From positions 1-54,597 of the forward strand of contig JABDCI010000008.1 in assembly GCA_013288215.1 (NCBI GenBank): 54,597 nucleotides of DNA. Reading direction: 5' to 3'. Below are positions 29,414-39,313 of the stretch, piece after piece. The notes beneath the pieces are model-generated. The model saw only the letters and a list, made by a program, of their open reading frames with translations, was not told the origin of the DNA and did no database searches. Both the position numbers and the translations under genes were made by a program. The stretch comes from Verrucomicrobiota bacterium (lineage in GTDB: Bacteria > Verrucomicrobiota > Verrucomicrobiia > JABWAM01). How positions within the stretch are numbered: position 1 is the first letter of the stretch; the number at the start of each line of letters is the position of its first letter.

Positions 29414-30322
29414 TTATTTACAAAACCAGCCGAGCGACATCCAGTTTTGGAACCAGCGTTGAACGCGTTCTATTTTTTTTCCCATGTCGGCGTTGTTTGG
29501 TGAAAAGGCGGCGGCGCAGGCTGCTTTCAAGGTCACGCCCTTTTTAAGGGCAAGCAGGATGCGGTAGGCTTCCGGCTCGAGGTTTTTGAAATAGATGACA
29601 TGGTTCATCCGATGGACGGCTACAAAGGTTTTTTGAGGCTTTGGGAGGGGCGTTTTTTTGCGTCGCGTCGTTTTTCGCTCCGCATTCATGGCGTTACTTG
29701 CCTCGGAACGAAGAGAGGATTCACGTTTTTTGATGGCGATGAGGAAATCATCAACTGGATATTCAAACTCGAGCAGTTGGAGATAAGGCTGGAGTTTTAA
29801 GCGCAGGCGCGAAGGGTCTTTTCCCTCAAGATCTTCCTTGGTCAGGATAGGGCGAGCTTCACCATCGAATGCCTCGATTTGCGCCCATTCGAACCGGACG
29901 GTGTCGAGCGCCAGCTGGTGGTTGTGGGATGCGGTCCATCGCGATTCCTCGCCCAGGAATGTTTCAAGACGGCTGCCGAGATTGCGCAACGTGAAACTCT
30001 GTGAGGGATAACGCTCGATATAGCTCTCGGCCAGCTTCATGAATTTGCGCTCTCCAATGACCGCGCGCAGACCTGGAAAATCCTCGTAAAAACAATCGAG
30101 AAGGCGGAACCAATATTGCCGGTTGTAGATCTCGAGCCGCTCGAATGACGTGAGCCGGTCATTCGGTTTGATGAAGGTTGCCGCGACGTCGGAAGTCCGT
30201 CGTCCATCCTTCCAACGGAGTTGCATCCGGTTTTGCGGTGTCAGCGGATGCATGATCGCTCCGGCCATCAGCCGCTGGAGGTCTCTCAATTGTGATAGGG
30301 TGCTTGCATCAGGTCGCGACAT
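29414..30322 (-). CDS. DUF2063 (BufC/HvfC-like) MNIO partner protein
   Basis: ERLEIYNRQYWFRLLDCFYEDFPGLRAVIG, YIERYPS, RFEWAQIEAFDG, WMSLGWF. Overlaps the end of the DUF692 gene. Confidence 0.85.
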   Translation of the reverse strand: MSRPDASTLSQLRDLQRLMAGAIMHPLTPQNRMQLRWKDGRRTSDVAATFIKPNDRLTSFERLEIYNRQYWFRLLDCFYEDFPGLRAVIGERKFMKLAESYIERYPSQSFTLRNLGSRLETFLGEESRWTASHNHQLALDTVRFEWAQIEAFDGEARPILTKEDLEGKDPSRLRLKLQPYLQLLEFEYPVDDFLIAIKKRESSLRSEASNAMNAERKTTRRKKTPLPKPQKTFVAVHRMNHVIYFKNLEPEAYRILLALKKGVTLKAACAAAFSPNNADMGKKIERVQRWFQNWMSLGWFCK

Positions 30323-31163
30323 ATTCGTGATGGAGTGTCTTTCGAAATTGGTTGGCTTTGAGGGCTTCACGGTGGACCTCCTGGAATGAAGGGATGCGGT
30401 CGTCCCATTCCAGAAGCGTGGCGGTGTCACCCACCAGACGGACAGCATGCGCGTAAAGTTTCCACACGTTGTTCAGCACGGGATGATCATGGGTGTCGAG
30501 GATGTATTTTTCGTACTTCGAATGGCCAGCGATATGGATTTGCGCCACGCGATTGTGAGGGACGCTGTCAAGATAGTCGTAGGGATTGAAGGAATGGTTT
30601 TTTGAGGATACGTAAATATTGTTCACGTCGAGCAAAATGCCGCAATCCGCCAGTTCGACCACCTCGGAAAGAAACTCCCACTCGGTCATCTCCGAGGCAT
30701 GGAATTCCGCGTAACTGCTCACATTTTCCACAGCGATGGGAACTTCGAGAAAATCGCGCGTCTCTCGGATCTTTTGGGCGGTGAAGCGCGCCGCCGCGAA
30801 CGTATACGGCATGGGCAGCAGATCGTGGGTATAGGTGCCATCCACGCTTCCCCAGCACAGATGGTCGGAAAGCCAGGGGGTCTGTGTGCGCTTGACGAGG
30901 GTTTTCAGACGTTTCAGATGCATGCGGTTCAGGGGTTCAGCGGAACCGAAATACATCGAAACCCCATGCTGGACCACACGGTATTGTTCTAGGATGCGTT
31001 CGAGGATTTGAAGAGGCCTTCCTCCATCGACCATGAAGTTCTCGGAGATGATTTCAAACCAGTCGACTGCAGGCTTGCGTGTCAAAATGTGGTCGTAATG
31101 GGGGATGCGCAGGCCAATGCCCACTCCAAGATTGGTGAAACCGTTGAATCGGTTTGCCGGCAT
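30309..31163 (-). CDS. DUF692 multinuclear non-heme iron oxidative enzyme (MNIO)
   Basis: GIGLR, FEIISENF, HGVS, WLSDHLCW, HDLLP, AVENVSSY, LLDVNNIY, HIAGH, DTHD, LLEWD. Confidence 0.95.
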   Translation of the reverse strand: MPANRFNGFTNLGVGIGLRIPHYDHILTRKPAVDWFEIISENFMVDGGRPLQILERILEQYRVVQHGVSMYFGSAEPLNRMHLKRLKTLVKRTQTPWLSDHLCWGSVDGTYTHDLLPMPYTFAAARFTAQKIRETRDFLEVPIAVENVSSYAEFHASEMTEWEFLSEVVELADCGILLDVNNIYVSSKNHSFNPYDYLDSVPHNRVAQIHIAGHSKYEKYILDTHDHPVLNNVWKLYAHAVRLVGDTATLLEWDDRIPSFQEVHREALKANQFRKTLHHEYVAT

Positions 31164-31223
31164 GGGGGAAGGTTCCACCAGGGACCGGAAGTCAATCCGA
31201 TCCCTGGAGAATGATCCGGAATT

Positions 31224-31529
31224 TTACTTTTCGCTCTGGGTTTTGCAACCACCCTTGCCTTTGCAGGTGTTTTTGCCTTTGCAACCGTTGTCTCCGGCTT
31301 TGCAGCCACCCTGGCCCTTGCAATCGTTCTGGCCCTTGCAATCATGTTTTCCCTTGCATCCATCTTTGCCGCTGCACCCGTCTTTGCCGCTGCATCCCAT
31401 TTTTTCGACGCTCAGAGACGAGATGCCAGCCTTGCCGCTGTCCAATGTGCCAGCATAGGCGGAAGTTGTGCCGGCAATCAAACCGGCGATGGCTGCGCTT
31501 GCGATCAGTGCTTTCGTTTTTTTGTTCAT
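31224..31529 (-). CDS. Secreted Cys-rich MNIO precursor peptide (bufferin-like RiPP precursor)
   Basis: Sec signal (MNKKTKALIASAAIAGLIAGTTSAYA), then 9 Cys in CxGxxx repeats. First gene of the DUF692-DUF2063 operon, with SD AGGAA upstream. Confidence 0.88.
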   Translation of the reverse strand: MNKKTKALIASAAIAGLIAGTTSAYAGTLDSGKAGISSLSVEKMGCSGKDGCSGKDGCKGKHDCKGQNDCKGQGGCKAGDNGCKGKNTCKGKGGCKTQSEK

Positions 31530-31910
31530 GAGTTCCTGGTTTCTTCTTTAGTTGGATTTGGGTCCGACCGTTTTTCCTAAGAGCATCTACCGTCACGAAC
31601 ACGATCAAAAAAGTCAATGTCTCTCATTTGTCTGAAAGCAGGATGCATTGGGATTGGGAGCTACGAATTCCTTGCAAGGAATTGCTATGTCCTTCTGCGT
31701 TTGCGCAAACCAGAAGTTGCGGAAGACCTTGTTTAAGAAATTTTACTTTAATGATCATCCCGCAATCACTCATGCACGGCATGACGGCTTGGGCTACTTT
31801 GGGATGGCGAGCGGCCACTCCGTTGCAGCCTGGGTGCTTAGCATAGATTGACCGAGTTCAAAGGCCAAGGCCCTGCCTGCTATTGTAGATGACGATCTTC
31901 TTGGATGGGG

Positions 31911-31953
31911 TCATTTCTCCCACTCTTCACCCGCGGTCAAGGTCAAAGCAAAA
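31911..31953. repeat. ~43-bp dispersed repeat type 2, copy 1 (copy 2 at 43148-43190)
   Basis: TCATTTCTCCCACTCTTCACCCGCGGTCAAGGTCAAAGCAAAA vs TCATTCCTCCCACTCTTTGCTGCGGTCAAGGTCAAAGCCAAAA. Confidence 0.75.
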
Positions 31954-32049
31954 CAAAGTGGCATCCGCAGTGCTCCTCTATATCTGCGAAAGAGTGACCC
32001 ACCGAAAGAGCGGCATTCTTGGATAAGAAAAAATTTATCAGGATAAAGC

Positions 32050-32529
32050 ATGCCTTTTCTCAGTGATGATAATCTTATCAATTGGCATACTAAAGGGTTG
32101 GCATGGACTTTGATTCTGGGATGCCTGGTAGGAGTTGGCTGTGGGAGAAATCCCACTCAGAATGTGCGTAGTTGGGTTCGTGAAACCAACATTGTGGTGG
32201 TTGGCCAAATCTATACTTATCGATTAAAACTGCCTTCGGAAACGAAGGGTGCTCGGTATTTCTGGGATGCCAATCTTGCCATCGATAATGTTCTCCAAGG
32301 CGACCTCCCTATGAATACGCTGCATGTGAACTGGGATGAAGCCGAATGGGAAAATATTCCAGAATATGATCTTGGCAATAAAGGGATTTGGTTTTTAAGT
32401 CTCAAAGTAAGATCTCGTGAAGAAAAAACCTATGTGGTATTGGCCTATCTTCCGATAAGTTATCTTCCCGAAGTTAAAAAGTATGTCAGCATAACTCCGC
32501 CTGACGCCCTGGTTCGTCGTCTCCATTAG
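32050..32529 (+). CDS. Hypothetical protein, possible lipoprotein
   Basis: Hydrophobic stretch ending in the lipobox-like LVGVGC. The true start may lie downstream. Confidence 0.55.
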   Translation: MPFLSDDNLINWHTKGLAWTLILGCLVGVGCGRNPTQNVRSWVRETNIVVVGQIYTYRLKLPSETKGARYFWDANLAIDNVLQGDLPMNTLHVNWDEAEWENIPEYDLGNKGIWFLSLKVRSREEKTYVVLAYLPISYLPEVKKYVSITPPDALVRRLH

Positions 32530-32541
32530 TCAAACCTGAAA

Positions 32542-32571
32542 ATGGCACTCCAAACGGTTGCTGGATCGAAT
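32542..32571 (+). repeat. att-like repeat copy A (partial)
   Basis: ATGGCACTCCAAACGGTTGCTGGATCGAA matches the consensus ATGGTAGCCCTTACGGTTGCGAGATCGAA at 22/29 positions. Confidence 0.6.
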
Positions 32572-32879
32572 TGCTTCAAAAATGGAGGCTTTGTGCGTTA
32601 TCCATTAATCACCATATTGTTTCTGTTAGTCATTGATTCGTTTCATTGGGGTTATACGTTTGGGTGGTGAATTTTTACGATCCCAACGTTCAAAAGGTGC
32701 TATCTGAACCATTTGTTTTCCCGATTCCTCTCAATGAAAAGAAAAACTTTCGGAAGGCGCATGAAAACGATTCGGTGGCGATACTTTTTGAGAAGGAAGA
32801 CGCTCAAATCAACGGGGTCGACGCAAAATTAAGGCAGGAGTGCAAAAATCAAGCAACTGCAAGCCATGTGACTAGTCCC

Positions 32880-32905
32880 TGAACCAAAGTGAATTTACTT
32901 AGGGA
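32880..32905 (+). repeat. att-like repeat copy B (strongly degenerate, internally deleted)
   Basis: TGAACCAAA is fused directly to GTGAATTTACTTAGG, the two conserved blocks without the ~20 nt between them. Confidence 0.4.
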
Positions 32906-32939
32906 GGGACAAGTGTCACCATCGGTTTGATTTACCTCC

Positions 32940-33542
32940 ATGAACCCAGAATTCAAACGTGCCACTGACGAGCCTGTTTTCTGGGACGAGCGGTATCGTA
33001 CAGGCAAGACGCCTTGGGACTTCGGCACTATTCCCGAGGGTCTCCGGAATTTCCTTGTTCAAGAGAAAGAGCGTGGGCGGGTGCTCATTCCAGGTTGCGG
33101 GTCTGGCTATGAAGTTGAAGCTTTTTGTCGCGCTGGATGGGATGTTCTTGGTGTGGATTTTAGCGAAGCCGCCGTCACACGGGCTCGCAAGCTACTTGGA
33201 CAATATTCGTCGTGTGTCATCCAAGCCAATTTTTTTGATCCCGCAGTCATTTCCAATTCCTATGACGTCATCTACGAGTGCACTTTTCTTTGCGCTTTAC
33301 CACCACAACGATGGCAATCTTGCGTTCAGCGCATCTTAGAACTTCTTCGACCCTCAGGAAGATGGCTTGGATTCTTTTTTTATGGCCAGGAAGCAGATTC
33401 TCCGCCATATCCACTATCGCCGGAATGGGCCAAGAAATTGCTCTCAGGAAACTTCAGAGCCATAGAAGACCTCCCAGTTCGTGATTCGCTCCCTCTTTTT
33501 GCCGGAAGAGAACGATGGCAAATTTGGCAAAGAGCTGCATAA
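32940..33542 (+). CDS. Thiopurine-S-methyltransferase-family SAM-dependent methyltransferase
   Basis: FWDERYRTGKTPWD, VLIPGCGSGYE, YECTFLCALPP. Confidence 0.9.
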   Translation: MNPEFKRATDEPVFWDERYRTGKTPWDFGTIPEGLRNFLVQEKERGRVLIPGCGSGYEVEAFCRAGWDVLGVDFSEAAVTRARKLLGQYSSCVIQANFFDPAVISNSYDVIYECTFLCALPPQRWQSCVQRILELLRPSGRWLGFFFYGQEADSPPYPLSPEWAKKLLSGNFRAIEDLPVRDSLPLFAGRERWQIWQRAA

Positions 33543-33604
33543 ACGGTTGCGGTTGCAAGATTGAACCAAATCATCTCTTGGTTGAGGGAAGTGAAGTTGT
33601 TGAA
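33543..33604 (+). repeat. att-like repeat copy C
   Basis: ACGGTTGCGGTTGCAAGATTGAACCAAATCATCTCTTGGTTGAGGGAAGTGAAGTTGTTGAA. Fills the whole gap between two convergent genes. Confidence 0.88.
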
Positions 33605-34375
33605 TCACCTCACTTGACGGAGGTGCCTCCCTGCTCGTTGGGGTAAAGCGAAAAGACACACGAGAATGAACGCTGCGATCGCTGCCGAAGCGAGTGGGCG
33701 GCTCATATTAAGGCCGCCGTGGTCCACCGGCTTATCGAGGAAATCGCCGACAGTAGCACCGAGGGGTCTTGTAAGGATGAAGGCCGCCCAAAATAGCAGG
33801 ACGGGGGAAATTTTCGTCCAGAAATAAAGAGCCGCAATCACCGCCAGGCCAGCGGCAAAAACAAACGCGCCGCGCTCGTAGCCGAGTCCTCCGGTATCGG
33901 CCATCCAGTCACCCAGCGCGGTGCCAAGAGTCTGCGAGAAGGTAATGGCCGCCCAGTAAAAGCCTTCCACTTTCGGGGTAGTGACGCTGTTCACCGAAAT
34001 GGTTCTCTCCGACCAATACCAAAGGCCCAGAACGGCCATCAGGCAGACAAATAAAAGTGTCGAGCCACCCGTATAACCGAGGCCGAGAGACCGGTCGGCA
34101 AGATCAGCCATCGTTGTTCCAAAGGTGGTAGAGGCAACGATGGTCGCCCAATAAAGAAAAGGATGGAATTTCTTTGCCAAGATCTGAGCGATCACAAACA
34201 CGATAAGCAGCCCCAGGAAGAGCGCCGTGCCGACAAAATAACCCCAGTTAAGCGTCATCGTGATAGAATCGCCGCCGGTTTCGCCCAGTGTCGTTGCGGC
34301 GATCTTGATGACCCAGAACGCAAGGGTAACTTCCGGGACCTTGCTCAGTGTTTCCTGTTTGTCTGCTCTATCCAT
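33605..34375 (-). CDS. COG4705 / DUF347 repeat membrane protein
   Basis: SKVPEVTLAFWVIKIAATTLGETGGD, SQTLGTALGD, FILTRPLGATVGD. Confidence 0.9.
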   Translation of the reverse strand: MDRADKQETLSKVPEVTLAFWVIKIAATTLGETGGDSITMTLNWGYFVGTALFLGLLIVFVIAQILAKKFHPFLYWATIVASTTFGTTMADLADRSLGLGYTGGSTLLFVCLMAVLGLWYWSERTISVNSVTTPKVEGFYWAAITFSQTLGTALGDWMADTGGLGYERGAFVFAAGLAVIAALYFWTKISPVLLFWAAFILTRPLGATVGDFLDKPVDHGGLNMSRPLASAAIAAFILVCLFALPQRAGRHLRQVR

Positions 34376-34565
34376 GATGTTGTGTCTTGTCCTCTTGTGT
34401 CCAGATCGACAGCGTAGCTGATGGCGTGAAGATAATCGAACCCTCAATCTGACGCCAGTCACGTTTTGAGAGGGGCAATTGGTCCTGTCCGTGTAGCCCA
34501 ACTTTAAGGCAAGTCGTTCTTGTACGATGGGTACAAGAATTCGCGTTGGGCTGCTTCAATTTTAT

Positions 34566-34610
34566 TTGGAACCAGATCACCTCTTAGCTGCATGAGTGAA
34601 TCTGCTCAAA
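34566..34610 (+). repeat. att-like repeat copy D (3' half)
   Basis: TTGGAACCAGATCACCTCTTAGCTGCATGAGTGAATCTGCTCAAA. Confidence 0.7.
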
Positions 34611-34664
34611 GACGGGGTTCTTTTTAACCAACGAAAGCACCGACAACGGAGGAATGATGGCCTG

Positions 34665-35087
34665 TCAGTAAAACCCCATTTTTGCCAGCCATTTTTTCAG
34701 GGGGGGCGGCTCTTCAAAAACCTTCCAGACTGTCTCCACCAGAGGGGAAAAATCCGAAGATTTTTCGACAAAATGGATCGGCCGACCGTCAATGCCATCA
34801 TCCAGTCTGCGTTTATAGCTCGAAATAAAGATCACTTTGATTCGTGGGGCTATCCCCCGGATGCGCTCCACCAATTGTACGCCATCCATGCGAGGCATAA
34901 TGATATCCGTCAAAACCATGTCGATGACGGAAGAATTTTGACGAAAGATCTCCAACGCTGCTTCCCCACCTTCCGCCTCCAACACATGGCAGCCGCTTTC
35001 CTTCAACGCCATGGAGATCAACCTCCGGTCCCCAGGATTGTCATCCACCACCAAAACGGTTTTCTCCTTTGGAGGTAAAATGGTCAT
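34665..35087 (-). CDS. Single-domain response regulator
   Basis: VLVVDDN, LTDIIMPRMDG, FVEK. Confidence 0.88.
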   Translation of the reverse strand: MTILPPKEKTVLVVDDNPGDRRLISMALKESGCHVLEAEGGEAALEIFRQNSSVIDMVLTDIIMPRMDGVQLVERIRGIAPRIKVIFISSYKRRLDDGIDGRPIHFVEKSSDFSPLVETVWKVFEEPPPLKKWLAKMGFY

Positions 35088-36661
35088 GAATGGGGGCTTC
35101 CCTCAAGCGCAACTTGAATATTACCGCTCAGATCGGCAAGCCGAAAAGGTTTTTGGATAAAACCATTGGGAACTTCCTCCTCAAAAAGATTCGCACAGAC
35201 CTCCTTCGGATAACCGCTCATCAAAACAACACGCGCATGAGGATTGATTTGGCGGATCTTTTTCAACGTCTGCTCCCCATTCAAATGAGGCATGGTCATA
35301 TCGAGCAAAACCAAATCGATGTTCTTCTGGTAGTTGCGGTAACTCTCCACCCCTTCCATTCCATCACTGGCGTACAACACCTTGAATCCCAGGCTCTCGA
35401 TGCTTTCTCCCAGCAACTCCTGAATGCTTTTCTCATCATCCACCACCAAAATGATCCCCTGTCCGGACGGGGCACGCAGCGAAACTTCCCTGCCAGCCCG
35501 ATTTTTTTCCTTCCTCGGAGGCGCCGCCGAAACCGGAAATAAAATCGTGAAGGTCGAGCCTTTGCCACGTTCACTGACCACCTGCAGAGCCCCGTGGCAG
35601 GCCCGGACAATACCCTGGACTGCCGACAGACCAAGCCCACGCCCAAAATATTTCGTGGAAAAGAAAGGATCAAAAATACGCGTTCGGATGGCCGAATCAA
35701 TGCCACAACCCGTATCCGAAACTTCCAGACAGACATAGTCGCCTTCCGCAAGGCCCAACCCCCAAAGCGTTTTTCCCAAATAGTTGTCGTCGGCATGAAT
35801 CAGCCGAGTGCCAATCGTAATGATCCCCTGTTTAGAGCCGATGGCTTCCGCGGCATTTTGAACGAGATTCCTCACCAATTGGCGAAGTTGCGTGATGTCC
35901 GCCCGGATCAGCGGCATGGAATTTTCCAGTTGATGCTTCAATTGCACATCCCCCGCCACCGACTGCTGAAGAAAAGGCGACATCTCCTCAACCACCACAC
36001 TTAAATCATAGAGCAATTGCACACAATTGCCCTTTCCCGAATACGCGAGAAGCTGCTTGCAAAGCTCCGCCGCCCGGTCGCCAGCATCCCGGATCTGTGT
36101 GAATGCTTCCTTCATCACGCAGACCGGTGTCCCCTCGGCGCGAGCCAATTCCGCCCTGCCCAAAATCACCGTCAAAAGATTGTTGAAGTCATGGGCAATC
36201 CCTCCCGCCAGGGAAGCCAGACTTTCCAGTTTCTGATTCTCGATCAGCTTCGTGTGAAGCCGGTGGCGTTCAATGGCATGACAAACAGAATGGACCAGCA
36301 GATCGCCATCCACCATGCCTTTCACCAGATAATCCTGAGCGCCATGCTCAAGGGCCTGCATGGACAAACTCTCATCATTAATTCCGGTCAGTACCACGAT
36401 GGGTAATCCGGCGGCAGCCCCCCTCATCTTGAGAAGCGTGTCGAGCCCCTTGGAATCGGGAAGCCCCAGATCCAGAACCACCACATCCACCTCGGCTCCG
36501 GCCAAATATTCCAGCGCTTCGGACGAACGCAGGACATGCCGCACTTCAAATTCCACCTTGCTCTGCTCCAAATAGCCCCTCACCAGTGCGGCATCGCCCA
36601 CACTGTCCTCTACAAGCAATACTTGGACGGGCTGGTCATTCCATGCAAGGAAGGCAAACAT
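35084..36661 (-). CDS. Hybrid sensor kinase (REC-HisKA-HATPase-REC)
   Basis: N-terminal REC (LLVEDS, LDLGLPD), AGGIAHDFNNLL, FDPFFSTK, GRGLGL, C-terminal REC. Confidence 0.92.
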   Translation of the reverse strand: MFAFLAWNDQPVQVLLVEDSVGDAALVRGYLEQSKVEFEVRHVLRSSEALEYLAGAEVDVVVLDLGLPDSKGLDTLLKMRGAAAGLPIVVLTGINDESLSMQALEHGAQDYLVKGMVDGDLLVHSVCHAIERHRLHTKLIENQKLESLASLAGGIAHDFNNLLTVILGRAELARAEGTPVCVMKEAFTQIRDAGDRAAELCKQLLAYSGKGNCVQLLYDLSVVVEEMSPFLQQSVAGDVQLKHQLENSMPLIRADITQLRQLVRNLVQNAAEAIGSKQGIITIGTRLIHADDNYLGKTLWGLGLAEGDYVCLEVSDTGCGIDSAIRTRIFDPFFSTKYFGRGLGLSAVQGIVRACHGALQVVSERGKGSTFTILFPVSAAPPRKEKNRAGREVSLRAPSGQGIILVVDDEKSIQELLGESIESLGFKVLYASDGMEGVESYRNYQKNIDLVLLDMTMPHLNGEQTLKKIRQINPHARVVLMSGYPKEVCANLFEEEVPNGFIQKPFRLADLSGNIQVALEGSPHS

Positions 36662-36908
36662 CGGATTCTCCTCCCACTGGGTGCCTAATTAAAGGTAATC
36701 CAAAAAAAACTTAACTCAATCTTTAGACGGAAATTGTTTATTTCATACTGAATTTTGACAAGCCTAAAGTGCTTGGTTTTCTCAACATTTCCAGCTGTCC
36801 ACAATTATAAGAGCATCAATCCTAATTCAGTAGACGAGAAATTATTCTTAATCAAAAATGTTCATACGCTGGAACGAGACAGAAAGTTGCGCACAGAAAC
36901 CCTATTGG

Positions 36909-38951
36909 TCAGGCATCTTTTCCGTCGACATTCGGTATTGTGAAATAAAAAACAGATCCCATGCCAGATTGAGACTCGACCCAGATGCGTCCTCCATGGT
37001 GTTCCACGATTTTTTTGCAAATCGCCAGGCCGATGCCGGTTCCGGGATATTCCTTTTGCGCATGCAGTCTTTGAAAGATCACGAAAATCCGATCGATGTA
37101 TTGCGGATCAATGCCAATGCCGTTGTCCCGGAAGGAAAACAGCCATCCCTCCTGGCGCTTGACCGCAGTAATATGGATACAAGGCTTTCCCTTGCTGCAA
37201 AACTTGATGGCGTTGCTCAGCAAATTCTGAAAAAGCTGCAACATTTCCGTAGGATTGGCCCTGAGGGAGGGAAGAGGATCATGGGTAATCACCGCATGAC
37301 TTTCTTCAATGGCGGAACGCAGATTCCCCAGTGCCTTTCTGAAAACCACCTCGAAATCCAGCGACTCTGAAAAAGGAGCCCCTTTTCCCACGCGGGAGTA
37401 GGCCAGAAGATCGTTAATGAGCTGCTGCATGCGCGTCACGCCGTCGACGATAAACTCGACAAACTCAGTCGCCTCCTTGTCGAGCTTATCCCCGTAACGC
37501 TTCGCCAACAATTGAGTGAAACTTTTCACGATCCGCAAGGGTTCCTGAAGATCGTGCGACGCCACATAGGCAAACTGCTCCAAATCGGCATTGGAACGGA
37601 CCAATTCCTGCGCCTTCCGTTCCAGCGCCTCCGCGGCCTGTTTTTGCATGGTGAGATCGCGCGTCACTTTCGAGAAGCCGAGCAACTGCCCCTTGTCGTC
37701 CTTGATCGCGGTGATGACCACCCCAGCCCAGAACCGCGAACCATCCTTGCGCACCATCCATCCCTCCTCCTCAAAGCGGCCTGTTTCCGAGGCAGTTTTC
37801 AGCTTCTGTTCCAACCGAAACTGCATCGTTTCTTCAGGAAGATAAAAACGGGAAAAATGTTGTCCCAAGATTTCATGGGCCCGATAACCTTGGATACGTT
37901 CTGCACCCGGATTCCAACTGACCACCCGTCCCGTGGGATCCAACATTAAAATGGCATAGTCTTTGATGCTATCCACCAGCAAACGAAACCGTTCTTCGCT
38001 TACCTTGAGTGCCTCCAATGTCTTAACAACCTCTGAAGTCCGTTCCTGGATCCGCGTTTCCAGTTCGGCATAAGCCTTCCGCAACAGCTCATCCGCCCGC
38101 TTTCGTTCAGCCACAGACGCAGAAAGCACCAAAGCTGTCACGGCAATAAAGCTCATAGACGCCTGCAGCAATAAAAGCGTCTCGTTCGGAGAGGGCGTTG
38201 CATAGGGACCAAGTCCATGGCAGGTATTCCAAATAGCCACCACCGCGAGCACAAAAACCGCCATCGCCGTTTCACGCTGACTGAACCGAAACGCTACCCA
38301 GATGAGGAGCGGCACATACCCAAACTCCAAAGGAAACGATCCACTGAAAACAATCTGGCTCACCGTAAACAAGCACAGCAAAAAAAGCATCACTTCAAAC
38401 ACCTGCGCGTAACTCCATCGCCAATGGCGCTTCACTACCCAAAGAATCAACACGGGGGCTACCACCAGATCGCCATTGAGATCGCCCAGCCACCACGTCA
38501 GCCAGATGGAGTAATAATCGTCCCATGGCGCAAAACCACTCAATGCGAGACTGGAAACCCCACAAATAGGACTCACCAGGGTGCTGAGCATTCCGGCCAA
38601 AAAGACAAATTTGAAAACATCTTCGGTCCGGTCAAACGCGTTACGCCCGTTGGCAAACCGGTTCATCAAATACGCGCCCACCACCCCTTCGAGCGTGTTT
38701 CCCGCTGCAATCCCAACCGAACTGACAACCGATCCCGCCGTCGAAATATTCACTAAAAAAGCACCCAGAAAAATGGCTGGCCAGACCCGATAGCCCATCA
38801 ATAGCAAAGCCGTGAGGGCAATTCCTGTAGGCGGCCACACCGGACTTGCGCTGGGGTGGATCACGGCCAGCATCAACCCCATTTTGCCAGCAACAAAGTA
38901 AACGGCCGTCAAGAGTGCAATTGACGGCAAAGTTTTAAACTTTTTACGCAT
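36909..38951 (-). CDS. MASE1-PAS sensor histidine kinase
   Basis: MASE1 (SPVWPPTG, WWLGD), PAS (SWNPGAERI, RKDGSRFWA), YVASHDLQEPLR, GTGIGLAICKKI. Start set at MRKKFK. Confidence 0.92.
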   Translation of the reverse strand: MRKKFKTLPSIALLTAVYFVAGKMGLMLAVIHPSASPVWPPTGIALTALLLMGYRVWPAIFLGAFLVNISTAGSVVSSVGIAAGNTLEGVVGAYLMNRFANGRNAFDRTEDVFKFVFLAGMLSTLVSPICGVSSLALSGFAPWDDYYSIWLTWWLGDLNGDLVVAPVLILWVVKRHWRWSYAQVFEVMLFLLCLFTVSQIVFSGSFPLEFGYVPLLIWVAFRFSQRETAMAVFVLAVVAIWNTCHGLGPYATPSPNETLLLLQASMSFIAVTALVLSASVAERKRADELLRKAYAELETRIQERTSEVVKTLEALKVSEERFRLLVDSIKDYAILMLDPTGRVVSWNPGAERIQGYRAHEILGQHFSRFYLPEETMQFRLEQKLKTASETGRFEEEGWMVRKDGSRFWAGVVITAIKDDKGQLLGFSKVTRDLTMQKQAAEALERKAQELVRSNADLEQFAYVASHDLQEPLRIVKSFTQLLAKRYGDKLDKEATEFVEFIVDGVTRMQQLINDLLAYSRVGKGAPFSESLDFEVVFRKALGNLRSAIEESHAVITHDPLPSLRANPTEMLQLFQNLLSNAIKFCSKGKPCIHITAVKRQEGWLFSFRDNGIGIDPQYIDRIFVIFQRLHAQKEYPGTGIGLAICKKIVEHHGGRIWVESQSGMGSVFYFTIPNVDGKDA

Positions 38952-39313
38952 GAGATTTTCTAGCAAAGAGGATTTCCATATCCCACTCCCTTCCACCCGC
39001 ACAACCCTCCTCGCGAGATAGAATACATCAAGGAAAAAGGCAACCTCCCTTATATACAATTTACAGGATGTTGAAAAAAATACCAATGGCCGCGCGAAAA
39101 ACAGCCCTGACAAAAAATGATTCTTTGTGATCCTTGCTGCTATCCCTTTTTTAAATAATCTGCTAGGTGTTTTTACACACATTGTTTTTCCAAAAAGTAA
39201 AGGACGGCCGATAAATTTTTTGTAAAAATCGCCATTCGTCACGGTGGACACATCTGGGTCGAATCCACTCTCGGAAAAGGTTCCACATTCTTTTTCTCTT
39301 TACCTATCAAACC

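Noticed and set aside
31624-31851. Small ORFs upstream of the MNIO precursor as extra precursors or regulators
   Set aside because: No signal peptide, repeat motif or recognisable domain, and the frames are broken.
32646-32882. 78-aa ORF between repeat copies A and B
   Set aside because: TTG start and no recognisable domain. Probably a decayed cassette fragment.
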